Source of the DNA: Flavobacteriales bacterium
GTDB lineage: Bacteria; Bacteroidota; Bacteroidia; Flavobacteriales_D; CAJJDF01
Length of the DNA stretch: 64,000 nt
NCBI GenBank assembly: GCA_965655625.1
Contig: CBFHHA010000004.1
Span: forward strand, 17,710-81,709
Direction: 5' to 3'
The notes under the pieces: model-generated
The model's input: the letters and a program-made list of their open reading frames with translations, nothing else
The model's database searches: none
Told to the model about the DNA's origin: nothing
Shown: piece after piece, positions 31,777-39,976 of the stretch
How positions within the stretch are numbered: position 1 is the first letter of the stretch
How the letters are laid out: each line of letters begins with the position of its first letter
Program-made: the position numbers and the translations under genes

Positions 31777-31968
31777 TGAGTTAACTTTTTAAACATTCAA
31801 GGAATTTGATGAAAAATCGTCGAAAAATAATTAATGCGACAGAACCTATGTTTTTCCGCTTTTGTCAAAAACGACAAAAATCATTAGGTTTTAGTTTAAT
31901 GCGACAGAACCTAACAATGTATTAAAAATTAAATTTATTATCTTTAATTGAGTTAATGCGACAGAACC
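31777..31968 (+). mobile_element. Three stacked IS6-like element ends (types A, B, C) in direct orientation
   Basis: TTAATGCGACAGAACC at 31831, 31896 and 31953, each preceded by a different inner sequence also found at other copies. Confidence 0.7.
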
Positions 31969-32033
31969 ATATTTCATCCATTTTGATAATCCAGAACTTG
32001 CACCTTTCAAATTGATTAAAGAATAAAAAATCT

Positions 32034-32918
32034 ATGAAAACAAAAATATTAATTATCGTATTTGCACTATTTAACCTTGCTTCCTATTCACAGGTTTCAA
32101 CGGTAACGAATGCAATCACTGGCAGAACTTGGATGGACAGAAATTTAGGTGCCAGTCAGGTAGCTACATCTATTACAGATTCAGCATCTTATGGCTCTCT
32201 CTATCAATGGGGAAGATTAACCGATGGACACGAACTTAGAAATTCAAGCACAACAACAATTGTATCAACATCAAACAACCCTGGTCATTCTGACTTTATT
32301 ATTGGCTCAGATGATTGGATTACACCGTCAAATGATTTGCTTTGGCAAGGAGTAAATGGAATAAACAACCCATGTCCAAATGGGTTCCGTTTGCCTACAG
32401 AAGCAGAATGGGAAGCAGAGCGATTAAGTTGGACTTCTAATGATGCAGCTGGTGCTTTTGCTTCCGTTTTAAAATTACCCATCGCTGGTGCAAGAAGCAG
32501 AATGACTGGCGCAATTGGAAACGTTGGGACTTTTGTAGGATATAGAAGTAGTGATCTGAATGGCGTAGAGTCACGAAATCTAGGAATTAGTTTGAGTATT
32601 GCTATGATGGCAAATAGAGCACGAGCAGATGGTAATTGTGTTCGATGCATACAAGATAATTCACTTGGAATCAATGATGCTTCTGTGTACAATGAACTTA
32701 AAATATATCCAAACCCTTCGAATGGTTTTTTTACGGTAGCCTCAGAAAAACAGCTTAGCAATATTGAATTTGAATTAATAGATTTATTTGGCAGAAAATT
32801 GAAAACAGGAACACTAAATGGATTGAATTCAGTCATCGATATTAATGACCTTCCAGATGGAATATACTTGTTGAGATTGGAAAATCTCACTCTTCAAAAA
32901 ATAATCAAGGGAAAATAA
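32034..32918 (+). CDS. FISUMP (Fibrobacter succinogenes major paralogous) domain protein with T9SS C-terminal domain
   Basis: WMDRNLGA, YGSLYQWGR, PCPNGFRLPTEAEW, G.CVRC; IYPNP...KIIK CTD. Confidence 0.82.
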   Translation: MKTKILIIVFALFNLASYSQVSTVTNAITGRTWMDRNLGASQVATSITDSASYGSLYQWGRLTDGHELRNSSTTTIVSTSNNPGHSDFIIGSDDWITPSNDLLWQGVNGINNPCPNGFRLPTEAEWEAERLSWTSNDAAGAFASVLKLPIAGARSRMTGAIGNVGTFVGYRSSDLNGVESRNLGISLSIAMMANRARADGNCVRCIQDNSLGINDASVYNELKIYPNPSNGFFTVASEKQLSNIEFELIDLFGRKLKTGTLNGLNSVIDINDLPDGIYLLRLENLTLQKIIKGK

Positions 32919-32921
32919 AAC

Positions 32922-33052
32922 TCATAACAAAATGTATAAATCATTGGGCAGAAAGTAATTAAATAAAAGTTGGATCATATAAATAAAGTAAGTGACAAAC
33001 CGAAAGTGCGCTGCTTTTAATCGCCCAACGATTCATACACAAACCGTTGTGG
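32922..33052 (+). repeat. attC-like cassette recombination site (long imperfect hairpin)
   Basis: TCATAAC..TGTATAAATCATTGGGC ... GCCCAACGATTCATACA..GTTGTGG, beginning 3 bp after a stop codon. Confidence 0.65.
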
Positions 33053-33084
33053 CTCATTCAATAGAAACTAGAGAATACAGAAAC

Positions 33085-33822
33085 ATGAAAAAAACAAACA
33101 AATTACTAATAACATTAATACTTGTTTTATTTTATAACACCTCTCTTTCTCAATGTAAATCCGATCTAGAACAACAGAATATCAAAGGAAAAGTTAAAAC
33201 TATTAAAGAAACAGGCATATATTCAAAAGGTGGTGCAAATGAAATTAATCATATTAAGACAACCAAATATGACAAGAGAGGCAAAGAACTTGGCTATAGT
33301 TTCGCATCAAAATATAATGATTTAAAACCTACTGACAGAATTTTTGAATTTGATAAAGAAGGAAATAAAATCAAAGAGAATAGATACGATTTGTCTGGTA
33401 AGATTAAAAATTATTTAAATTACGAATATGATTCACTGGGCAATGTAATTAAATGGAGTTACTTTACTTCAAGTGGTAGTTTGGATTCCTATACCACTTA
33501 TAAATATAATTTAACATGTGATAGAATTGAATCAAAGTATTATTATTCGGATAGTAGTATTTGGCTTTGGTATAAGAGTACATACAAAAAAGGAAGACTT
33601 ATTGAGGTTTTTAGCCCATTAGATTCTATTACTGTAAAATATTCATATGACAATCAAAATAACTACATTAAATATATAGAATATGACGAACTTGGTGAAG
33701 AGAAAGAAGTCAGAACTTATATTTATGAATATGATGACAAATCAAACTGGATAAAGAAGACGGAATTTCAAAGTGGAGAAATTTATTGGGTTGATGAAAG
33801 GCAATACGATTACTATGATTAA
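33085..33822 (+). CDS. Secreted YD/RHS-like repeat protein (cassette gene)
   Basis: Start moved to ATG 33085 (MKKTNKLL signal); KGKVKTIKE, YEYDSLGN, YEYDDKSNWIKK. Confidence 0.75.
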   Translation: MKKTNKLLITLILVLFYNTSLSQCKSDLEQQNIKGKVKTIKETGIYSKGGANEINHIKTTKYDKRGKELGYSFASKYNDLKPTDRIFEFDKEGNKIKENRYDLSGKIKNYLNYEYDSLGNVIKWSYFTSSGSLDSYTTYKYNLTCDRIESKYYYSDSSIWLWYKSTYKKGRLIEVFSPLDSITVKYSYDNQNNYIKYIEYDELGEEKEVRTYIYEYDDKSNWIKKTEFQSGEIYWVDERQYDYYD

Positions 33823-33843
33823 AAAATGCATTGTAATTTAACT

Positions 33844-33948
33844 AGCCATAACAATGTATATAAAATAGGCGAAACAGTATTATAAACAATAATTTGGGAT
33901 CGTATAAAACTTGGTAATTACATGAAAATTTGATGCTATGCCATCGCC
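33844..33948 (+). repeat. Second attC-like site, truncated by the MITE
   Basis: AGCCATAAC..TGTATATAAAATAGGCGA...TCGCC; right arm stops exactly at the TIR at 33949. Confidence 0.6.
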
Positions 33949-34099
33949 GGTTCTGTCGCATTAATTATTTTTCAAACGTATTTCAATAGAATTCTTGTTC
34001 CCACAAAAAGTTAAATCACTAATAAACATAACTTTGGAGTTTTAAATTTTTGTCAAAAACGACAAAAATCATTAGGTTTTAGTTTAATGCGACAGAACC
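33949..34099 (+). mobile_element. 151-bp MITE with perfect 16-bp terminal inverted repeats (IS6-like)
   Basis: GGTTCTGTCGCATTAA...TTAATGCGACAGAACC; resembles IS6-family ends (GGTTCTGTTGCAAA); no ORF, no target duplication. Confidence 0.75.
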
Positions 34100-34116
34100 C
34101 AACAAACTTGTATTAC

Positions 34117-34170
34117 AAAAAAAGCCTTCCAAAAGGAAAGCTTTTTTATTCTTGTGACCTCGACAGGATT
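34117..34170 (-). other. Degenerate tRNA 3'-end copy plus terminator hairpin (att-like scar)
   Basis: TTGTGACCTCGACAGGATT versus TTGTGAGCGCGAAAGGATT at the tRNA 3' end (16/19); adjacent AAAAAAGCCTTCC-aaaa-GGAAAGCTTTTTT. Confidence 0.55.
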
Positions 34171-34278
34171 ACTTCATGATCCTATCTTGTACGTTTTGCA
34201 AATAGAAGTCCTTCCTCTTCGAGGCTTAGACTTTTTATTTGATATACTCATTCAAGCGAGCTTGATTCGTTCAAAACA

Positions 34279-34309
34279 AAAAGTCCCTTCATAACTATGA
34301 AAGGACTTC
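34279..34309 (-). terminator. tRNA terminator
   Basis: AAAAGTCCCTTCATA-ac-TATGAAAGGACTT hairpin just downstream of the tRNA. Confidence 0.65.
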
Positions 34310-34319
34310 TGCTTGTTTG

Positions 34320-34393
34320 TGAGCGCGAAAGGATTCGAACCTTTGACCGCCTCCTTAGAAGGGAGGTGCTCTATCCAGCTGAGCTACGCGCCC
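34320..34393 (-). tRNA. tRNA-Arg(TCT)
   Basis: GGGCGCGTAGCTCAGCTGGATAGAGCACCTCCCTTCTAAGGAGGCGGTCAAAGGTTCGAATCCTTTCGCGCTCA; cloverleaf, anticodon TCT, CCA not encoded. Confidence 0.96.
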
Positions 34394-34501
34394 GATATGT
34401 TTCTGTTTTCACTGAAAATTCAGGTTTAGGTTACTCTCAAAACAAGGGATTGTTTGTTTGAGTGGTGCAAAGATAGTAGTCCAATTTAATTTACCAAAGT
34501 T

Positions 34502-35728
34502 TTAGGAAAGACTTTTTGAAAATTTCTCTAAACTCTCAAAGCACTTGTCCGAGAGTGAGGAAATTTCTTTAGAAATCAATACCGTTTTCATATTTTTTCT
34601 TTTTCCAAACTCAATATCCGTGGGGGAATCTCCTACAATTATAGCTTTGTTGAAATCAATTTCTGGGAACTCCTGAACTGCCATTTCCGCCATTCCAGTA
34701 TTCGGTTTTCTCAATAGATTCTCCTTTGAGGCAAGATCAGGTGCAAAGTAAATTTGATTTATTTTTCCGCCATGTTTTTCAATCACATTTTTCATGTAAT
34801 CATGAATGGCAGTCAGTTCGTTGAGCCCAATTATTTTTTTTCCAATGCATTGCTGATTGGTAACAACTACAATCCTACCAAATGTGCGAGTTAATTTGGA
34901 AAAACAATCCAAAACTCCTTCCAAAAACTGAAATTCATCCACCGAAGTGACGTAACCATTTGTTATTTGTTGATTAATCACACCGTCTCGATCAAGGAAA
35001 AGAGTCCAAGTTCTGTCTATTTTCCAATTCCCAAATTCTTTGAAATCTTCGTGAGCTCTGTGATAATCGGATGGAATTCCAATATCTAAAAAATAACTCT
35101 TGCTCACAAATCCCGAAATTGACAAAGTGGAGTAGTGGTTCTCCAAAAAATCTTGCTCAAAGGAATAAGCTTCTTGAAGGTTTAGTTTTTTAAATTGAGT
35201 GGTGTTCAAGGCATACACACCACCATTGATAAGTCCAATTTGTTGGCGTTTTTTTTCTTCAAACCCAACTACTTTCTTGTCAGTATTGATGCGAACGACT
35301 CCGTATCGATCAAAATCTTCCATTTCTTTGAGTGCAATTGTCACAATAGAGTCATTCGATTCATGAAAATTAGCTAGCTCCGCAAAATTGGTGTGAAATA
35401 GAGTGTCGCCATTTAGCACGAATACATGTTCACCTATCGTATCCTTGAGCGCTTTCGAAATTGCGCCTCCTGTTCCCAAAGGTTTATTTTCGTGACTATA
35501 AGTTAGGCACATTCCTTTGTAAGTATCGCCATAAAACTCTTTGATTTTATGAGATAAATATCCCACTGCCAAATAGATAGTTTTGATATTGTGCTTGGCT
35601 AAATAATCTAGTTGATAGGACAAAAAGGGAATTCCATTGATCGGAGCCATAGTTTTTGGTAATTCCGAAACACTTGATTTCAGCCTTGTGCCTTTTCCTC
35701 CTGCTAATATGATGGCTTCTTCAATCAC
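34502..35728 (-). CDS. Fused sugar-1-phosphate nucleotidyltransferase (HddC-like) and heptose-bisphosphate phosphatase (GmhB-like HAD-IIIA)
   Basis: ILAGGKGTRL...PK, LGTGGA, LNGD; then LFLDRDGVIN, VTNQ, RKPNTGM, VGDS..D; GTG start overlaps gmhA stop. Confidence 0.88.
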   Translation of the reverse strand: MIEEAIILAGGKGTRLKSSVSELPKTMAPINGIPFLSYQLDYLAKHNIKTIYLAVGYLSHKIKEFYGDTYKGMCLTYSHENKPLGTGGAISKALKDTIGEHVFVLNGDTLFHTNFAELANFHESNDSIVTIALKEMEDFDRYGVVRINTDKKVVGFEEKKRQQIGLINGGVYALNTTQFKKLNLQEAYSFEQDFLENHYSTLSISGFVSKSYFLDIGIPSDYHRAHEDFKEFGNWKIDRTWTLFLDRDGVINQQITNGYVTSVDEFQFLEGVLDCFSKLTRTFGRIVVVTNQQCIGKKIIGLNELTAIHDYMKNVIEKHGGKINQIYFAPDLASKENLLRKPNTGMAEMAVQEFPEIDFNKAIIVGDSPTDIEFGKRKNMKTVLISKEISSLSDKCFESLEKFSKSLS

Positions 35729-36300
35729 GACCGAGGGAATAATTGTTCTTCCACCAACTGACAAATAATGTGACCAATAAGAATATGACACTCTTGTATT
35801 CTTGGAGTATCTTCTGAAGGAACGGGAATGAGAATATCACAGAATCTCTTCATTTTTCCACCCGTTTTGCCAGAAAAACCTACAACGGTCATGCCTTGTT
35901 TCTTTGCTTGTTCAATTGCATTTATCACATTTTCTGAGTTGCCCGAAGTAGAAATAGCAACCAATACATCGTCTTTTCTCCCTTTTGCTTTTACAATACG
36001 CGCATATATTTCTTGGTACGAATAATCATTACCCACCGCTGTTAAATAAGAAGTATTTACATGCAGTGCTTCAGAATACAAAGGTTCTCTATCAAAGTAA
36101 AATTTCCCTGATAATTCTGCGGCTAAATGTTGAGCATCAGCAGCGCTGCCACCATTTCCACAAAATAGAACTTTGCCATCTTGTTTGTAGCACGCCACCA
36201 TGGCTGCTACGATTTCGTGTAAATCGTCAATTAATTTTGGGTTATCAATGAGTTGACTTTTAATATCAATCGACTGCTGAATGATGTGTTGTATTTTCAT
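35725..36300 (-). CDS. gmhA: D-sedoheptulose-7-phosphate isomerase
   Basis: CGNGGSAADAQH, GNDY, ISTSGNS, RIQECH. Confidence 0.95.
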   Translation of the reverse strand: MKIQHIIQQSIDIKSQLIDNPKLIDDLHEIVAAMVACYKQDGKVLFCGNGGSAADAQHLAAELSGKFYFDREPLYSEALHVNTSYLTAVGNDYSYQEIYARIVKAKGRKDDVLVAISTSGNSENVINAIEQAKKQGMTVVGFSGKTGGKMKRFCDILIPVPSEDTPRIQECHILIGHIICQLVEEQLFPRS

Positions 36301-36306
36301 TGATAG

Positions 36307-39267
36307 TTATTTTTGTAAAAATGAATTGTAAATTACTTTTTCTATTCGGGTTCTGATGTCATTTTTCACCAACTTCCAGTTTTCTGCATCAGGATACACT
36401 CTATTAGACAAAAAGATGTACACTAAGTCATGTTCGGGATCTGCCCAGGCTCTTGTTCCGGTAAACCCAGAATGTCCAAAGCTCCTCATTGAAACCGCAT
36501 CGCAAGTCGGACCGTTTTTTAAATCACTTGTTGGTTTATCAAATCCAATTCCTCTTCTGTTTTTTGTTAGCGTGTTTAGATAGGGAGCAGAGGTAAATTC
36601 TTGGATTGTGGTATCGCCAAAGTATTGAATACCTCCATAGTTTCCTTCATTCAGGAACAATTGCATCATTGTGGCTAACTCGGTAGCATTTGAGAATAAT
36701 CCTGCATGACCGCCTATTCCGCCTAGCATTGCTGCCGCTTGGTCGTGCACGTAACCCTGCAATAATTGTTTGCGAAAAACAGCATCTGATTCAGTTGGAG
36801 CTATTTGCTCTTTCTTGAACTTGTGCAAAGGATTGTAGGTCGTGTATTGCAATCCTAATGGTTTGTAGAAAAGACTGTCCGCCACAACATCGAGACTTTT
36901 CTTCCATTTTTTTTCAATGATTTCTTTCAGAAAGTAATACCCCAAATCACTGTACCGATAGTTTTTCTTTGGCAGTAAGTCGGTACCCACTATTCTTTTG
37001 AGGATTGCCTTGTGGTAGTTTTTAAATATAAAAATGTTTTTGGCAACTTCAGTGTTGTAAAAATCTGTTTTTTGTGTTGAATAAAATCGCTTGTTAAGAT
37101 TTCCATTTTCGTCCAAAGTAGCACTGTAAAATGGAATCCAAGGTTTGAACCTCGCTTGGTGGGTCAGCATTTCTTTCAAGACTATTTTTTCGTAATCACT
37201 ACCTTTTACATATTCGGGTAAGTAATCGCCTAGTGTTTTATTTAGGTCAATTTCTTTATTTTCAACCATTTTCATTATGATTGCTGTAGTTGCTGCAACT
37301 TTGGTGATAGAAGCAAGATCGTATAGAGTTTCGTCATTCACTTTCTGAGAAGCGGCATGGTAAGTGAAATTTCCAAAATTTTCTTGATAAATGATTTTTC
37401 CTTCTTTGGCAACAAGTATCTGACAACCGGGGAACGCACTGTCTTTAATAGCTTCTCTTGCAATCCATCCAATACCACCTAATTTTTTACTTGGAATTCC
37501 CAATTCTTCGGGCATCGTGTATTTGAAACGTATAGGTTGTGTTTCAATACCAGTTTCTACAGGAAATTCAGCAGAGCCAGTAACGGGCAGTTTCCCCTTT
37601 GCACCTATTCCGCCAAATATAAGCTGACCTACTAAATCTTGGGTGTATGAATTGTCTTCGTATGAAACGATAATGGACTCGATGTTTTTCGCTTTACCTA
37701 ACTTAGCAAGTGCATAGGCATTGGTTGGGTAATTCAATATTACTTGGTGGTTCTTTGCTATTGCTTTGACGATAGCAATGTCGTTTTTGAACACTCCATA
37801 GCTTCCATTCATTTTAGTCCCATGTATGCTAACGATAACTTTGTCAAAGTTTTTTAGTTTTTTCAGCAGGGCAATGATGTTTTCTGAAGAGGCTTTTTTC
37901 GAAATTCCGAAATGGGATACTTTGGTATACCTACTCAATCCTTTTTGGAAGGCATTAGGCGATTTTTCACCAATAACTACTGAGGCAATATCTGTCGTAT
38001 CTAATCTTTTTAGAGGGATAAGATTTGACTTGTTTTTTACCAAAGTTAGTGCGTTTTCAAACAGTAATTTATTGGTTAGTTCAGATGATTTTGGATTTAA
38101 ATCAGCTGATAGGTTATTCTTAAAAATGGTATCAGTTGAGATGTTCATCCATTGTTTTGCATACAATATTTTCTTTACACTCTTCCAAACTCTTTCTTTA
38201 GAAATTTCACCCTTCGCTATTGCTTTTTTCACCTCTTGGATGGCAGTAGGAACGTCTTCCGAAAACAGCAATACGTCATTTCCTGCGATTAAGGCTTTTA
38301 CATCTACCACTCCTGGCTTATAATAGGAACTAACTCCTTTCATGTTGAGGGCGTCCGTAAATATTAATCCGTTGAACCCCATTTCGGTTTGGAGTAAGTC
38401 CGTCACAACTTTTTTGGAAAGAGTAGTGGCAGTATTAGGTGTGCTATCTAGGGCTGGAATGAACAAATGTGCAACCATCATACTCCCTATTCCTTCCTGT
38501 ATTAATCTCTTGAATGGGTAGAACTCGATAGAGTCTAATCTCTTGTAATTGTGGGTAATTACTGGCAAGGCTTTGTGAGAGTCTTTGTCGGTGTCTCCAT
38601 GTCCAGGAAAATGTTTGGCGCAAGCAAGAACTCCATTTTCTTGCATTCCTTTCATGTAAGCGATTCCCTTGTTTGCAACATTCTCGCGCTGTTCTCCAAA
38701 AGAACGATAATTGATTACGGGGTTTTTTCGGTTATTATTCACATCAATAACTGGAGCAAAATTCACATGAATCCCAATTCGCTTACAATGGTTAGCCATT
38801 TCTTTTCCCATTTCATAAATAAGAGAGTCATGCTGAATAGCTCCCAAAGTCATTTGTTTTGGAAACTTAAAGGTGTTTTGTAGCCTCATTGGAAGACCCC
38901 ACTCACCGTCAATTGCAATCATAAGCGGAGTTTTAGCTTTTGATTGATACAAGTTAGTCAGTTCAATTTCCTTTTGGGGAGTTCCTTGCATAAAAATTAA
39001 TCCGCCAATCTGGTAATTTGACACAAGGTTCGCAATGTAGTTTTCGTGGTTTTTTCCTTTGTTCGAATAGGCAGCTACCATAAAAAGCTGAGCAATTCTT
39101 TGGTCTTCTGATAGCGTGTCGAATACAGAATCGGCCCAAGCATGGTTTTGCTCCAGAAAGACAGGTTCGATTTTTGTCTTCGCTGGCTTTGTTAAAACTT
39201 GGTCAGAGTTAGTACTTAGCAAAAAGCTAGAGATTGCTACGACAGATAGATAAAATAATGATTTCAT
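36307..39267 (-). CDS. GH3 beta-N-acetylglucosaminidase fused to beta-lactamase-family serine hydrolase
   Basis: DGEWG, KHFPGHGDTDKDSH, FTDALNM; DLASITK, YSDLG, FGHSGFTG. Confidence 0.92.
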   Translation of the reverse strand: MKSLFYLSVVAISSFLLSTNSDQVLTKPAKTKIEPVFLEQNHAWADSVFDTLSEDQRIAQLFMVAAYSNKGKNHENYIANLVSNYQIGGLIFMQGTPQKEIELTNLYQSKAKTPLMIAIDGEWGLPMRLQNTFKFPKQMTLGAIQHDSLIYEMGKEMANHCKRIGIHVNFAPVIDVNNNRKNPVINYRSFGEQRENVANKGIAYMKGMQENGVLACAKHFPGHGDTDKDSHKALPVITHNYKRLDSIEFYPFKRLIQEGIGSMMVAHLFIPALDSTPNTATTLSKKVVTDLLQTEMGFNGLIFTDALNMKGVSSYYKPGVVDVKALIAGNDVLLFSEDVPTAIQEVKKAIAKGEISKERVWKSVKKILYAKQWMNISTDTIFKNNLSADLNPKSSELTNKLLFENALTLVKNKSNLIPLKRLDTTDIASVVIGEKSPNAFQKGLSRYTKVSHFGISKKASSENIIALLKKLKNFDKVIVSIHGTKMNGSYGVFKNDIAIVKAIAKNHQVILNYPTNAYALAKLGKAKNIESIIVSYEDNSYTQDLVGQLIFGGIGAKGKLPVTGSAEFPVETGIETQPIRFKYTMPEELGIPSKKLGGIGWIAREAIKDSAFPGCQILVAKEGKIIYQENFGNFTYHAASQKVNDETLYDLASITKVAATTAIIMKMVENKEIDLNKTLGDYLPEYVKGSDYEKIVLKEMLTHQARFKPWIPFYSATLDENGNLNKRFYSTQKTDFYNTEVAKNIFIFKNYHKAILKRIVGTDLLPKKNYRYSDLGYYFLKEIIEKKWKKSLDVVADSLFYKPLGLQYTTYNPLHKFKKEQIAPTESDAVFRKQLLQGYVHDQAAAMLGGIGGHAGLFSNATELATMMQLFLNEGNYGGIQYFGDTTIQEFTSAPYLNTLTKNRRGIGFDKPTSDLKNGPTCDAVSMRSFGHSGFTGTRAWADPEHDLVYIFLSNRVYPDAENWKLVKNDIRTRIEKVIYNSFLQK

Positions 39268-39393
39268 AATAGACTTCAAAAATAAAATACAATGGAAGAA
39301 TATGAGCAATTCTCATTCTTTTTTATCCCCATTTTAATTAACAAAAAAAAGTGACACAATATTGTGCCACTTCTTGTACTTTGGTAATTAAGA

Positions 39394-39903
39394 CTAGTCT
39401 TTTAACTTACTGTTTACAAAGTGGGTTAAGTTTCCTTGTTGTTTTTGATCAACAAATTCTTTGATTCCTTTGCCTTTTTTTATTTTCGACTGGTTTGCCA
39501 GGTAGTACTTGATAACTTGATTTGTAGCTCGTAGGGTAAATTCTTCTTTATTATTCACATAGTTTTGAGTCAAACAGCTTTTTGTCCAGGAGGCAATGTA
39601 AATAACTCCCAGTTCACCATTGAGTAAAAAAGGAAATTCTTTTTTGTCGAGATGAGGGTTTACTCTTTTGTTATCAATAGAATATGCGGCTAAAAAAGAA
39701 ACTGCTTTGTCTCTTTTTCTTACTTGCTTATTAATAGGTGACGTCATTAACCAATCTACACAAGCTAAAATTTCAGATTCGTACTTATCATAATCGGCTT
39801 CTGATTTAAATTCATAGTTTTTTGGGATTTCCAAGGACTGAGAGATTGCTAATGAATACATTAACAAAGAAGCGGTGAGTGAAAATATTTTTTTCATGGT
39901 CAT
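39394..39903 (-). CDS. Hypothetical secreted protein
   Basis: Signal peptide ending AISQ; 169 aa. Confidence 0.65.
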   Translation of the reverse strand: MTMKKIFSLTASLLMYSLAISQSLEIPKNYEFKSEADYDKYESEILACVDWLMTSPINKQVRKRDKAVSFLAAYSIDNKRVNPHLDKKEFPFLLNGELGVIYIASWTKSCLTQNYVNNKEEFTLRATNQVIKYYLANQSKIKKGKGIKEFVDQKQQGNLTHFVNSKLKD

Positions 39904-39976
39904 TTTTTTTGAAAACGTTGAATAGGAATTAAAGGTTGTGTTTTACAGCTTCTAATTTACCGAAAATAAACTAAAC

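Larger units (their letters stand above)
21900..34319. mobile_element. AT-rich accessory/hypervariable island downstream of tRNA-Arg; no integrase or transposase inside
   Basis: Visibly more AT-rich than flanks; hypothetical secreted proteins, duplications, pseudogenes, IS-like ends, attC-like sites; degenerate tRNA 3' copy at 34152-34170; left boundary approximate. Confidence 0.75.

Noticed and set aside
31831..31968. Three direct 16-bp repeats with variable spacers resembling a mini-CRISPR array
   Set aside because: The repeat is too short and not palindromic, the spacers match inner ends of other copies of the same element, the repeat also occurs as a MITE TIR, and no cas genes are present
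32285..32890. Long antisense ORFs (this 201-aa ORF, also 4409-4975, 9303-9761, 14404-14961, 37826-38323 and similar)
   Set aside because: They overlap well-supported genes on the opposite strand and lack recognisable motifs; treated as shadow ORFs
32992..33084. N-terminal extension of the ORF-track call 32992-33822
   Set aside because: The extension runs through the attC-like hairpin; ATG 33085 gives a normal signal peptide
22604..33822. YD-repeat genes as RHS toxins with immunity genes
   Set aside because: Too short, no RHS core signature or DPxG cleavage motif, no evident toxin domain or adjacent immunity ORF
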